A stretch of DNA of 64,000 nucleotides from Candidatus Omnitrophota bacterium (lineage in GTDB: Bacteria; Omnitrophota; Gorgyraeia; Duberdicusellales; 4484-171): contig JAAEQW010000111.1 of assembly GCA_024231025.1 (NCBI GenBank), forward strand, positions 11,055-75,054. Direction: 5' to 3'. This document shows positions 37,686 through 47,297 of the stretch, in pieces (within the stretch, counting starts at the first letter, position 1; each line of letters begins with the position of its first letter). The notes under the pieces are model-generated. The model ran no database searches, had not been told where the DNA came from, and worked only from the letters and a program-made list of their open reading frames with translations. Both the position numbers and the translations under genes were made by a program.

Positions 37686-38538
37686 CTTGCTTCAAACTCT
37701 TCCCCTTTGGTAATGATACCACAAAGGTAGTACCTTTTCCAGATGTAGCTTCAACCTCAAGCGCTCCACCATGGTTCATTATGATTTTCCTGCTAACATG
37801 TAGCCCTAACCCAGTTCCACCTTTAGTTGTAAAAAATGGATCAAAAATTCTGGAATAAACCTTTTTCGGTATTCCAGGTCCGGTATCAATCACTTTTACG
37901 ATTACGTTTTTATCATCTTCGGTGGTACTAACCGATATAGTGCCTTTTTCCTGAGAGGTAACTTGTTTTATCGCAGCAGCAGCATTAAGTATTAAATTCA
38001 AGAAAACCTGACTAACTTTATTGGCATCCACCCAAACATGCGTCGTTGCTTTATAATCTTTTACAACATCAGCCTTATACTTTATTTCATTCCACAAAAT
38101 CCTAATTGTCGCATCCAGCAATTTATTAATATCATCACAAGAGCGCCGCCCTTTCGAAGCATGAGAAAAAGTAAGTAGATCCTGCACAATTCTTTTTATC
38201 CGATTAGCACCATCACAACATTCCTGAACACTTTCCTCAATGTTGGCAATTGTTTTATTACGATCATCAATGTCTTTTACATCGGTAATCTCCTTAGCGT
38301 AGGAAGAAATTAAGCTTAGATTCGTAATAAGAAAAGTTAACGGATTATTGATCTCATGGGCGACTCCTGCCGATAAGGTACCTAGAGATGCCATCTTCTC
38401 CAACTGTATAATTTGACTTTTATCTTCCTCTATTTTTTTCACGTAGAATCGCAGCTTCTTTTCCCAACGAAAATGCAAAAAAACCAAGTAGACAAACAAA
38501 ACAAAGAGTAGCGAAAAAAATACAATTGTGTCAAACAT
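37678..38538 (-). CDS. Membrane-anchored sensor histidine kinase
   Basis: N-terminal TM, H-box LSAGVAHEINNPL, G-boxes DTGPGIP and GGTGLGL. Confidence 0.85.
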   Translation of the reverse strand: MFDTIVFFSLLFVLFVYLVFLHFRWEKKLRFYVKKIEEDKSQIIQLEKMASLGTLSAGVAHEINNPLTFLITNLSLISSYAKEITDVKDIDDRNKTIANIEESVQECCDGANRIKRIVQDLLTFSHASKGRRSCDDINKLLDATIRILWNEIKYKADVVKDYKATTHVWVDANKVSQVFLNLILNAAAAIKQVTSQEKGTISVSTTEDDKNVIVKVIDTGPGIPKKVYSRIFDPFFTTKGGTGLGLHVSRKIIMNHGGALEVEATSGKGTTFVVSLPKGKSLKQDE

Positions 38539-38539
38539 A

Positions 38540-39760
38540 TTACTTCATTGCTCCAATTAAACTCCACATTGGTAAAAATATCGCCAGCGCCATGCCCATA
38601 ACAACCGAACCTAAAACAGCAGTCATTATCGGTTCAATCAATGCTGTTAGCCCTCCCATAGCATTTCTTACTTCCATTGTGTAATAGTCGCATAAAGAAT
38701 CAAGCATTGCTGATAGGGCTCCTGCCTTTTCGCCAATCGCAATCATATATCCAACAAGTCGTGGAAATAGCTTGCTAGCTAAAATCCCACCTGATACGCC
38801 CTTTCCGTCAGCAACATCTATCTTGATTCTGTCAATATCCTTTGCTAAAACAACATTACCAATAGTAACTTTAACAATATCAAGGATTTTTAGTATCGGC
38901 AAACCCGCCTGATATAAAACATTAAGCATCGACGCAAATCTAAGCATAACTATTTTATTGTAGACTTTACCAAACACGGGCATATTAAACTTGAAATTAT
39001 CCCATATTTTTCTTCCACCGGGAGTATTGATAAAGAATTTAAGACTAAAAATTATACCGACAAATGACGGAAAAGTAATGAACCAGTAATTTTTAAAACC
39101 TTTACTAACTAAGATCATAACTCTGGTAGGAAGCGGAAGCTCCATTTTCATTCCAATATATATTTTGGTAAACTGAGGCACAACAAATACCGATAAAACA
39201 AAAACAGCTATGAACAAAGCTACAACAACCATAACCGGATATTGTAAAGCCGCCTTGATGCTAGATCTAGTTTCTCGTTCTTCTTCTAGCACTTCAGAGA
39301 GACGCAATAGAATTTTATCTAAAACACCGCCAGCCTCACCAGCGATTACCGTGCTAACATACAAATCACTAAAGACTCCCGGATGTTTTGCCATAGATTC
39401 GGAAAGTTTTGAACCTTCTTCAATGTCATGGATAATTTGATGAAGCGCGCCTTTCAATGCTGCATCTTCGGCCTGCTCGGCTAAAACGCCCAAGCCTTCA
39501 ACAATCGGAACGGCCGCTTTAATAACCGTGGCAAACTGCCGGGTAAACACGATAACTGCCTTCATTGAGGCTTTTTTTACTCTTCCCTTAGTAAACTTAT
39601 CCAGAATTGAAACACCTTTCTCGCCCTTATAGCTTATGCTTACCGGCAAATAACCGAGCTTGGCAATTTGGGTAGAAACATCTGTTTCGTTTGCGGCATC
39701 AAGCGTACCCTTAACCGACTTGCCGCGAGAATCAACTGCTTTGTATGAATATACACCCAT
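38540..39760 (-). CDS. pilC: PilC/GspF-family platform protein (second copy)
   Basis: Duplicated T2SS-F domains. Confidence 0.85.
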   Translation of the reverse strand: MGVYSYKAVDSRGKSVKGTLDAANETDVSTQIAKLGYLPVSISYKGEKGVSILDKFTKGRVKKASMKAVIVFTRQFATVIKAAVPIVEGLGVLAEQAEDAALKGALHQIIHDIEEGSKLSESMAKHPGVFSDLYVSTVIAGEAGGVLDKILLRLSEVLEEERETRSSIKAALQYPVMVVVALFIAVFVLSVFVVPQFTKIYIGMKMELPLPTRVMILVSKGFKNYWFITFPSFVGIIFSLKFFINTPGGRKIWDNFKFNMPVFGKVYNKIVMLRFASMLNVLYQAGLPILKILDIVKVTIGNVVLAKDIDRIKIDVADGKGVSGGILASKLFPRLVGYMIAIGEKAGALSAMLDSLCDYYTMEVRNAMGGLTALIEPIMTAVLGSVVMGMALAIFLPMWSLIGAMK

Positions 39761-39764
39761 AAGT

Positions 39765-40601
39765 TTAAGTTAAGCTGAATTCTTTTATTACCGAATCAAC
39801 AAAGTTATTATCTATCTTTTTTGTTTTTTTGGCAAACCCTGAAAGTAAAATCAAATCGCACAAAGTATTAATTCTGCGAGGAATGCCTCCACTATACTTT
39901 GCAATAGATGCTACTACGTCATCGGCTAAGATAGCTACAACATCACTTTCACCATCTCCAACCGCTACCTTTATTCTATGAGCCATATAGGCGCCTACGC
40001 CTTTACCACTTAGAGGATCCAATTGACAACGAATTGGCACGCGTTGTGCCAAAGGTTTTAGCGCATCTACTTTGGCTTTTATTTCGGGTTGACCCAAAAG
40101 AATTAATGTGAGTAAAAACTTGTTTTCTGTTTGAAAATTCAATATTAACCTTAATTGTTCAAAAATTCTGGGATCTTCTATAGTATGCGCTTCATCAATT
40201 ATTACTATATTTTGCCTACCCTCTCGAGCATTATCTAAAAGTATATTATGCATTTTCTCAAGCAAAGGATCAACAAGAATCTCTGATTTTCTATCCGGTA
40301 AATCTTGCGGGCTCAGCGATCGGACTATCGCTCGTATAATCTCTGACGGTTCAGATACAAGAGGATTACTTATGTACGCTGTGCAAAATTTTTGAATCCC
40401 CAAATCTTTTAAAATAACTCTGGCAAGCAATGTCTTGCCGCAACCAAACACACCCGATAAAAGACCAGCACCAAGATTCTGAGCAACCACATAGGTAAGT
40501 TTCATCAGAGCATCCTCGTGTTGCGAAGAGAGATAAAGATACTTTGGATCCGGCGTATTTTGAAAAGGTTTCTCTTTTAAGCTCCAATATTGTTCATACA
40601 T
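39765..40601 (-). CDS. ExeA/GspA/MshM-like AAA ATPase
   Basis: N-terminal MYEQYWSLKEKPF, Walker A GVFGCGKTLL and Walker B IVIIDEAH. Confidence 0.6.
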   Translation of the reverse strand: MYEQYWSLKEKPFQNTPDPKYLYLSSQHEDALMKLTYVVAQNLGAGLLSGVFGCGKTLLARVILKDLGIQKFCTAYISNPLVSEPSEIIRAIVRSLSPQDLPDRKSEILVDPLLEKMHNILLDNAREGRQNIVIIDEAHTIEDPRIFEQLRLILNFQTENKFLLTLILLGQPEIKAKVDALKPLAQRVPIRCQLDPLSGKGVGAYMAHRIKVAVGDGESDVVAILADDVVASIAKYSGGIPRRINTLCDLILLSGFAKKTKKIDNNFVDSVIKEFSLT

Positions 40602-40762
40602 AGATTTCTCTCATACTTAGATTAACCAAAAAACGAAAAACCATAATTCAAAATTCAAAATTTCTTTCCGGAATAAAGAATTCATTTACTTTTAAATTTT
40701 ACGCTATGGTTTTACGCTTTGCGCTTTTAGTTTTTCATTAGGCTGCCACTTATCACTTGTTT

Positions 40763-42574
40763 CTATTTATTACTTAACCACCGCGTAATGCGAGACTGAT
40801 ATTCACCAAGCGACTCCTTATCAACCTTAACTTCTTTGGGCGTACTCAAACCATCCAACACCGGACCTTTTATGCTAACATAAGGCTGAACTTCCTCAAC
40901 CTTTGCTTGTTCTGGTTTCAATTCAACCTGCTCCTCGCAAACTCTAGCGACTTCTTCAAAGGTGGTAATTCCTTTCAAAATCTTTGCTCGCCCATCTTCA
41001 AATAAAAGCGTCATCCCCATCTCTTGCGCTTTTTTGCGAAGAGCAACCGGAGATGTTCCAGAATTTATCATTTCTTTCATTTCGTCATTAAGCACCATTA
41101 ATTCATACAAACCACTTCGCCCCTTGTAGCCGGTTCCTTTACAATCTGGGCACCCTTTCCCCCTATATGCAACCAAACCTTCTTTTTCCTCTATTCCCCA
41201 CTTCTTCAAAGTAGCCTTTGAAGGTTCATATTCTTCCTTACATTTAGAACAAATAACTCTTATAAGACGTTGAGCCATTATCCCAATTATTGATGCCGCA
41301 ACCAAAAAATTTTCTACGCCCATGTCTACAAGACGAGCTACTGATCCAGCTGAATCATTAGTGTGTAAGGTAGAGAACACCAAGTGCCCAGTAAGCGCAG
41401 CCTGTACTGCCATGCGAGCAGTTTCCAAGTCACGAATTTCACCGACCATGATTACATCAGGATCCTGTCGCAGAATAGCACGCAAGCCATTGGCAAAAGT
41501 AATTCCTGCTTTGGGATTAACTTGGACTTGCCTAATCAAACCTAATCTATATTCAACGGGATCTTCTAGGGTAATGATATTTCTGTCAAGTGTGTTAATC
41601 CTTGTTAAAGCCGAATAAAGCGTTGTTGTTTTCCCTGATCCAGTCGGACCAGTTGAAAGAATAATCCCGTGAGGCTTTGATATCAATTCTTCATATCTTT
41701 GCAAATCTTCATAAGTTGTAAAACCTAAGCGCTCAAGACCAATACTAACTGATGCAGTGTCAAGCAAACGCATAACAACGTTTTCTCCATGTATAGTAGG
41801 TAAGGTTGAGACACGAAAATCAATAACCTTATCCCCGATCTTCGATTGAAAATGCCCATCCTGGGGAGAACGAGACTCCGCGATATCCATTCCGCATAAA
41901 ACCTTAACCCTTGATATTATAGCTGATTCCCAATCTTTAGGTGGAGAGGGAATTTCATGCAAAACGCCATCAATACGAAATCTTATTCTGGTCATGTCTT
42001 CCTCTGGCTCGATATGAATATCTGATGCCCGATCGTGCGCCGCTTGAGCAATTACTAAATCAACTATTTTTACAATTGATGTAGTTTCACTCAAAGACTT
42101 ACCCTCTTCGGCAGCTTCTTTCAATTCACTAAATATGTCTCCGCCCTCTTTTTTATAAACCCTGTCAAGAGCCGCTTCAATATCAGTCGGGGCAGCCAAA
42201 TAAACTTCTATTGGGTAATTCGTAAATAGTTGTACTTGGTCAATTAATGAGACGTCGGCCGGATCTTGCATCGCAATGTGCAAAACTTCATCCTTAATAA
42301 AAATAGGCATTGATTGCGTGGAACGAGCCAGATCTTCCGGATAAATTTTTAGCAAATCTTCGGCAATTTCCAACTCCTCCAAATCCTTATATTTTACATT
42401 AAGTTTTTCAGATATAAGTTGGTAAAAAGCACTTTTGTCTAAAATATGCATGTCTAGAATCACAGCGTCAAGTGGACGATTCAACTTTTGCTGCTCTTCT
42501 AATGCCTTATCAAGCTCATCGGAAGTAACCAAATTTGAATTCAAAAGTAATTCTTTTAATTCTTCTTCTTGCAT
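40763..42574 (-). CDS. pilB: Type IV pilus assembly ATPase PilB (GspE family)
   Basis: N-terminal T2SSE_N domains, Walker A GPTGSGKTTT and a tetracysteine motif CSKC...CPDC. Confidence 0.9.
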   Translation of the reverse strand: MQEEELKELLLNSNLVTSDELDKALEEQQKLNRPLDAVILDMHILDKSAFYQLISEKLNVKYKDLEELEIAEDLLKIYPEDLARSTQSMPIFIKDEVLHIAMQDPADVSLIDQVQLFTNYPIEVYLAAPTDIEAALDRVYKKEGGDIFSELKEAAEEGKSLSETTSIVKIVDLVIAQAAHDRASDIHIEPEEDMTRIRFRIDGVLHEIPSPPKDWESAIISRVKVLCGMDIAESRSPQDGHFQSKIGDKVIDFRVSTLPTIHGENVVMRLLDTASVSIGLERLGFTTYEDLQRYEELISKPHGIILSTGPTGSGKTTTLYSALTRINTLDRNIITLEDPVEYRLGLIRQVQVNPKAGITFANGLRAILRQDPDVIMVGEIRDLETARMAVQAALTGHLVFSTLHTNDSAGSVARLVDMGVENFLVAASIIGIMAQRLIRVICSKCKEEYEPSKATLKKWGIEEKEGLVAYRGKGCPDCKGTGYKGRSGLYELMVLNDEMKEMINSGTSPVALRKKAQEMGMTLLFEDGRAKILKGITTFEEVARVCEEQVELKPEQAKVEEVQPYVSIKGPVLDGLSTPKEVKVDKESLGEYQSRITRWLSNK

Positions 42575-42664
42575 ATGCTTAATAAATTAAAATACTAATT
42601 CACCCCGTCAGGTACACAGCCTATATAATAGTGTATCTAGCGGGGTGAATCAATACTCTTTAAT

Positions 42665-43315
42665 CTAGTCAATGTGTTGGTTTTCGATGCCGTCAATCCA
42701 ACTCTGTACAACTTTTCTTTGCCTTTTAGCTGAACTATACTTTACGTATTTCTTATAGCACTTTACGGCATTTCTGCGGTCATTAATATAATTCTCATAA
42801 ATAACCCCTAGGTTGTAGTAACTATCGGCATCCTTTTTTCTATGTAAAACAACTTTTTTAAACTCTTCTGCTGCTTGATTATATTCTTTTAGACGCAAGT
42901 GAAGCACCCCTAGATTGTAATGTATGAAGTGATTTTTTGGGTATTTTTCCAAAGCTTGTTCATAAAATCTTTTAGCATTTTTAAAATCTTCATTATAATA
43001 GGCTTCCTTAGCCCTCTCTAAAGGATTATCCACAACGCTAGTTACTGCAGGGATAATCACCCCTTCCGAAGGGACATCGACTCTAGACACTTGCGTATGT
43101 GGTTTGACATCTACATCTTTAAGTATTTTTTGCGCCTGCATAAAAGCCTTATTAGCCTCTTCGTATTCATCATTACGTAAAAATTCTTTTCCCTTCAAAT
43201 AATAATCTTCCGCGGTATTTATACTAACGCCATAGTCGGAGGTTTGAGCAAGCGCGACAAAACAAATCGCGCTACACACAAAACTAAGGAGATATTTCTT
43301 TAGTTTATTCTTCAT
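42665..43315 (-). CDS. TPR-repeat protein with signal peptide (PilF/PilW-like?)
   Basis: Signal peptide plus 3-4 TPR-like helical pairs. Confidence 0.45.
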   Translation of the reverse strand: MKNKLKKYLLSFVCSAICFVALAQTSDYGVSINTAEDYYLKGKEFLRNDEYEEANKAFMQAQKILKDVDVKPHTQVSRVDVPSEGVIIPAVTSVVDNPLERAKEAYYNEDFKNAKRFYEQALEKYPKNHFIHYNLGVLHLRLKEYNQAAEEFKKVVLHRKKDADSYYNLGVIYENYINDRRNAVKCYKKYVKYSSAKRQRKVVQSWIDGIENQHID

Positions 43316-44672
43316 TTTCTATCTCTACAGAATCAATGTTCACCTTAACAGCTTTTTCTGTCGGAACTACAGTGCTGGGGGTTGCGTTTTCATTAAAAAC
43401 ACGCGATGCATTTATCATAGATTCACGAAACTGCGAATTAGCTTCATTTATCCTTATAATCTCACGCCTAAGAGAGTCGAATGCAGCTTCTTTACTGATT
43501 AGATCTTCCTTAAACCTAGCATTTTCTAATCTTATTTGAACCATATCGTTACGCAAAACCGCCAATTCTCTTAATTGATCCTTTAATTTAACAGTTAACG
43601 CAATAGTTGATTGCTCTTTTTCCTCTAAAACATCTTGTAAGGTTATTATCGTATTGGCTCTTTTAGATAACTTTTTTTCGTAATCGACGATTATCTCTCT
43701 TGTTTCTAAATATTTGGTGTTTGCTTCTTGATAATCTCTACTCAAAGCAGCAATTTGCTTTTCTGTTGAGGCAATTTTTGCATCTTTACTTTTTACGTTT
43801 TGCAAAACTTGCGCTAACTGCTCACCGAGACTCTTTTTATTTTCGAAAAGTTCCTTTTCTTGCTCCACCAAAGAACCAAGCTTTTCTTGTAATTGAGCTG
43901 TTTCTTTCTCATAAGAAGCAAGCTGTAAACTCACGTCATCTCTTTGAGCCTGCAAAGCTGAGATCTGCTCTTTAGAAGCAGCAGCCTCTTTCCCTGCTGC
44001 CTGCTGAACAGAAGACAACGTCTGTTTCTCTCCCTCAAGAGAAACCACCTTTTCTTGCAATGCCGTGATACTTTCTTGAACCTGGCTCAAACGTGCAGTT
44101 AATGTTTCATTTTGACGAAGTGCAGCGTCAAGTTGGCGGCTTTTCTCTTGCAATCGTTTTTCACTCTGTTTTATTCTTTCACGGTATAAAGGCTCATTCT
44201 TAACTAATTTTGTTACGCTGAAATCTAAAGAATTCACTTCTTCATATATCGAACGCAAAAGCGCATCAAGCTCTTCTCTACGCATCGAATCAATGTCCAC
44301 CTTATCTAAGGCAATTACAATGCTTTTGATTTTATTCTTTATAGGAAGCATCGTATCAGAATTAATTTTTAAATCGGATATCTCTTGGCTTAACACAATT
44401 ATTTGCTCTTTCGCTTTTAAGCTCTCGCTTTTTAAAGACTCGTTTTCAACTTCCATTCCTTTAACGATTTTTACCAAATTGGCGCTGCTTTTACGCGAAT
44501 CTTTAGCCACACCTATCGACTTAGACACAAGTTTGCCCATTTTTTCTAACTGGAACTTATAGTCCTGCACCGCCAAATTAGCTGTTTTAGAACTATGGAA
44601 AAAATTAACCGCTACAAGAAATAAAAACACAATTATTACTTCAACAAAAATGATAACTATTTTTTTACTCAT
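43305..44672 (-). CDS. Membrane-anchored long coiled-coil protein
   Basis: N-terminal TM, then heptad-rich sequence with periodic Q/E/K/L content. Confidence 0.4.
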   Translation of the reverse strand: MSKKIVIIFVEVIIVFLFLVAVNFFHSSKTANLAVQDYKFQLEKMGKLVSKSIGVAKDSRKSSANLVKIVKGMEVENESLKSESLKAKEQIIVLSQEISDLKINSDTMLPIKNKIKSIVIALDKVDIDSMRREELDALLRSIYEEVNSLDFSVTKLVKNEPLYRERIKQSEKRLQEKSRQLDAALRQNETLTARLSQVQESITALQEKVVSLEGEKQTLSSVQQAAGKEAAASKEQISALQAQRDDVSLQLASYEKETAQLQEKLGSLVEQEKELFENKKSLGEQLAQVLQNVKSKDAKIASTEKQIAALSRDYQEANTKYLETREIIVDYEKKLSKRANTIITLQDVLEEKEQSTIALTVKLKDQLRELAVLRNDMVQIRLENARFKEDLISKEAAFDSLRREIIRINEANSQFRESMINASRVFNENATPSTVVPTEKAVKVNIDSVEIENEE

Positions 44673-46108
44673 TTCTTTTTCCTTGTTTTGATTGCTTTCA
44701 AATCCAACTTAAACGGTCTACTCGGTGAAAGTTTTATGCCGGTTGTGTGGCCAATTAGCCCTTCGTCGGTATCTTCTAAAATTTTGGCTGTTACAAAAAT
44801 AAGTAATTCTTTTTGTTCATTTGGATTGGTATTTCTATGAGAAAACATCTTCCCAACAAAAGGTATACTGCCTAAAAAAGGTACCTTCTTGATAAGCTCT
44901 GTTTTTTTGGCTTCTATCAACCCACCAATAACAATCGTCTGACCGTCCTTTATAATAACCTCTGTTTGAGCAATGCGTTTGCTAACAATATGAATATTTG
45001 TTGCTGCATCGACTTCATCAGCAGACGAGACTTCAGGTTGTAACTTTAATTTTATGTGTCGATCAGGCGTAACGTGAGGCGTTACGGTTAAAATTATACC
45101 TACGTCTTCGGCCGCATAAGAGTAATTCGTGATGCCGGTATCTGAGTCGGTCTCTTCTTCAGTGCGCACACGACGCGTTTCGCCAATCTGAATTCTTGCT
45201 TCTTTATTGTCTACGGTAACTATTCGTGGCGAGGAGATAACTTTGGCATCTTCTTCTGTTCTCAAAAAATCTAATGCCATCTGAAGCTGAGTAAAATCCA
45301 ACGTGCCAAACCCAAAATCATCGGACTCCGCATACGGAAAACCATAAGCATTAGGAAAACTGCCAGGTACATCGGAAGATACAACCCCAGGAAATATGCT
45401 TTTATAAGTTTCGTCACTGCCATCCGCTCGAAACGGCACAGTAGTTTTTCTTGACGCGCCGTTCATCGTAATATTGGGCTGGCTTGATGTTTTAGGGCTC
45501 CAATCGACACCTAGCTTCTCGGTAACGCCGGCGGTTGCCTCAATAAACCTGGCTTCAATTAAAACCTGAGGGGTTCTTCGATCTAAATCGCGTTTCAACA
45601 TGCCATCGATCTCATTGATCACGCGCGGAATATCAGTAACAATTAAAGAATTTGAACGCGCGTCAACCTCAATCGATCCATCACTAGACAAAACCCTCTG
45701 CAGGCTATCTTTCAACGATGCCGCATCAGCATTATTAAGTCGAAACACTTGAGTTTGCTTGCCTTCTTGCTCGGCCTCTTCAGCGGTAGTGACTTTAATT
45801 ACGTTCTCTTTTTTTGTATAAACAAATCCATTTATGGAAATAATTGCGTCTAACGCCTCATCAACTGTCACATCGTGCAATTGAACCGTAACCATGCCCC
45901 CAACCGATTCAGAAAACACAATGTTCAAATTATACTGCTTAGTCAGCTGACGCAACACGTCTTTTATGTCAACTTCACGAAATTCAAGATACTCTATGCG
46001 GTTAGTCTCTTCATTAAGCTCACCAACAGTATCCGCACAAAGCCCAATAGGCAAAACTCGCGTTGTTAAAAGTATAAAAATGATGATAAATTTTTTCATC
46101 TGATACAT
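44669..46108 (-). CDS. pilQ: Type IV pilus secretin PilQ
   Basis: Signal peptide, secretin N domains and a C-terminal secretin domain (VIGGLIEAKKTELIKKVPFLGSIPFVGKMF). Confidence 0.85.
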   Translation of the reverse strand: MYQMKKFIIIFILLTTRVLPIGLCADTVGELNEETNRIEYLEFREVDIKDVLRQLTKQYNLNIVFSESVGGMVTVQLHDVTVDEALDAIISINGFVYTKKENVIKVTTAEEAEQEGKQTQVFRLNNADAASLKDSLQRVLSSDGSIEVDARSNSLIVTDIPRVINEIDGMLKRDLDRRTPQVLIEARFIEATAGVTEKLGVDWSPKTSSQPNITMNGASRKTTVPFRADGSDETYKSIFPGVVSSDVPGSFPNAYGFPYAESDDFGFGTLDFTQLQMALDFLRTEEDAKVISSPRIVTVDNKEARIQIGETRRVRTEEETDSDTGITNYSYAAEDVGIILTVTPHVTPDRHIKLKLQPEVSSADEVDAATNIHIVSKRIAQTEVIIKDGQTIVIGGLIEAKKTELIKKVPFLGSIPFVGKMFSHRNTNPNEQKELLIFVTAKILEDTDEGLIGHTTGIKLSPSRPFKLDLKAIKTRKKK

Positions 46109-46147
46109 TATAACCCAAAAAAACTGTTAGTAAAACATCTTTTGCTG

Positions 46148-46630
46148 TTACTCATCCTGCGGCAAAACCAAATAAAAACTCTCCGCCCCCCTCTTGAGGA
46201 GTACCTTATTTTTTTCTACTTCATCTACTTTATAACCGAAAACAAAGTTACCGACTGTAACTATTTCATTATTTATTATAGCATACCCTCTTCCCTTTTG
46301 GTCAATTGACACGCCTTTGAGGGTTAGGCTTGAGCCATGATAAACATCTTTATTGATTTTGTGATAGAACGGATCCATACCCCACTCGAGCCCCGCTCGT
46401 TCATGCTGTTTTCTAATCTCATCAGGGCTGGCCCTAACAAAAGTTGATTGGCTAGATGTTGCTGTTTTAGATTTAACAGCTGGAGGAAGATTTATTCCGC
46501 CAGTCGAAGTAGCCACCGCAGAGCGTGATTTTTTTTTCTTTTTCTTAGGTGCAAGATTATTAATCACGACTACAATCAACACCAACACCAAGGCACCCAC
46601 TATAATCATTTGTTTTTTTTGTTTGTCCAT
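46148..46630 (-). CDS. PilP-like protein
   Basis: Single N-terminal TM and a small beta-rich C-terminus. Positioned between pilO-like and pilQ. Confidence 0.35.
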   Translation of the reverse strand: MDKQKKQMIIVGALVLVLIVVVINNLAPKKKKKKSRSAVATSTGGINLPPAVKSKTATSSQSTFVRASPDEIRKQHERAGLEWGMDPFYHKINKDVYHGSSLTLKGVSIDQKGRGYAIINNEIVTVGNFVFGYKVDEVEKNKVLLKRGAESFYLVLPQDE

Positions 46631-46631
46631 A

Positions 46632-47228
46632 TCAATGCCAAACTGTGTAACTGCTTATGAGCAAAGTAGCAACTAATTTGCCCGCTAGCTCATCACCATC
46701 TTTTACCAAATCTCTATTACTCATCTGTTCAAATTTATGAATAGTTATGCCCTCTATAGTAAAAACAATCGGCAGCTCTTTTAGTGCTTTTAAAAAATCA
46801 CCTAAAGTTTTATACGGCGCCTTAAGAACCACCTCGATATATGCCTTGCTAACACCTTGAGGTAGCTTGCGTTCATCAAAGCTGGCTTCCTCCAACGGTC
46901 TTATCGAAATTATTTCCATGCTTAATTCACTACTTTTTTTCGTTAATTGCTGAATAATACGCGGGAGCTCTTTGCCCGAAACCGACTTTTTCTTAAGTTC
47001 CTCCATCTTATCAATCATTTCTTTTGACTTTTTTTTCGGATTTGGATATTCTCTTATTAGTTTTTCCGATACGTCCAATTTATCTTGGGCATCTTCCATT
47101 CTTTTTCTTGCCTGATCAAGGGGTTTAAAAACTATCTGACGAGCAACAATGTGCAAAACAATAAAGATTAAGATGCCTATCGCTATTTTTATGCCGACTT
47201 TAACCGTTTTGTCTCTTGTTGAAATCAC
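46632..47228 (-). CDS. PilO-like protein
   Basis: N-terminal TM and coiled-coil, immediately downstream of pilM-pilN. Confidence 0.5.
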   Translation of the reverse strand: MISTRDKTVKVGIKIAIGILIFIVLHIVARQIVFKPLDQARKRMEDAQDKLDVSEKLIREYPNPKKKSKEMIDKMEELKKKSVSGKELPRIIQQLTKKSSELSMEIISIRPLEEASFDERKLPQGVSKAYIEVVLKAPYKTLGDFLKALKELPIVFTIEGITIHKFEQMSNRDLVKDGDELAGKLVATLLISSYTVWH

Positions 47229-47297
47229 AAAGCTCCTTAAATTACTATCAAAATTTTATCAAGCGAAGTCCACCATAGCCTTGGCGAAGGCGGATAA

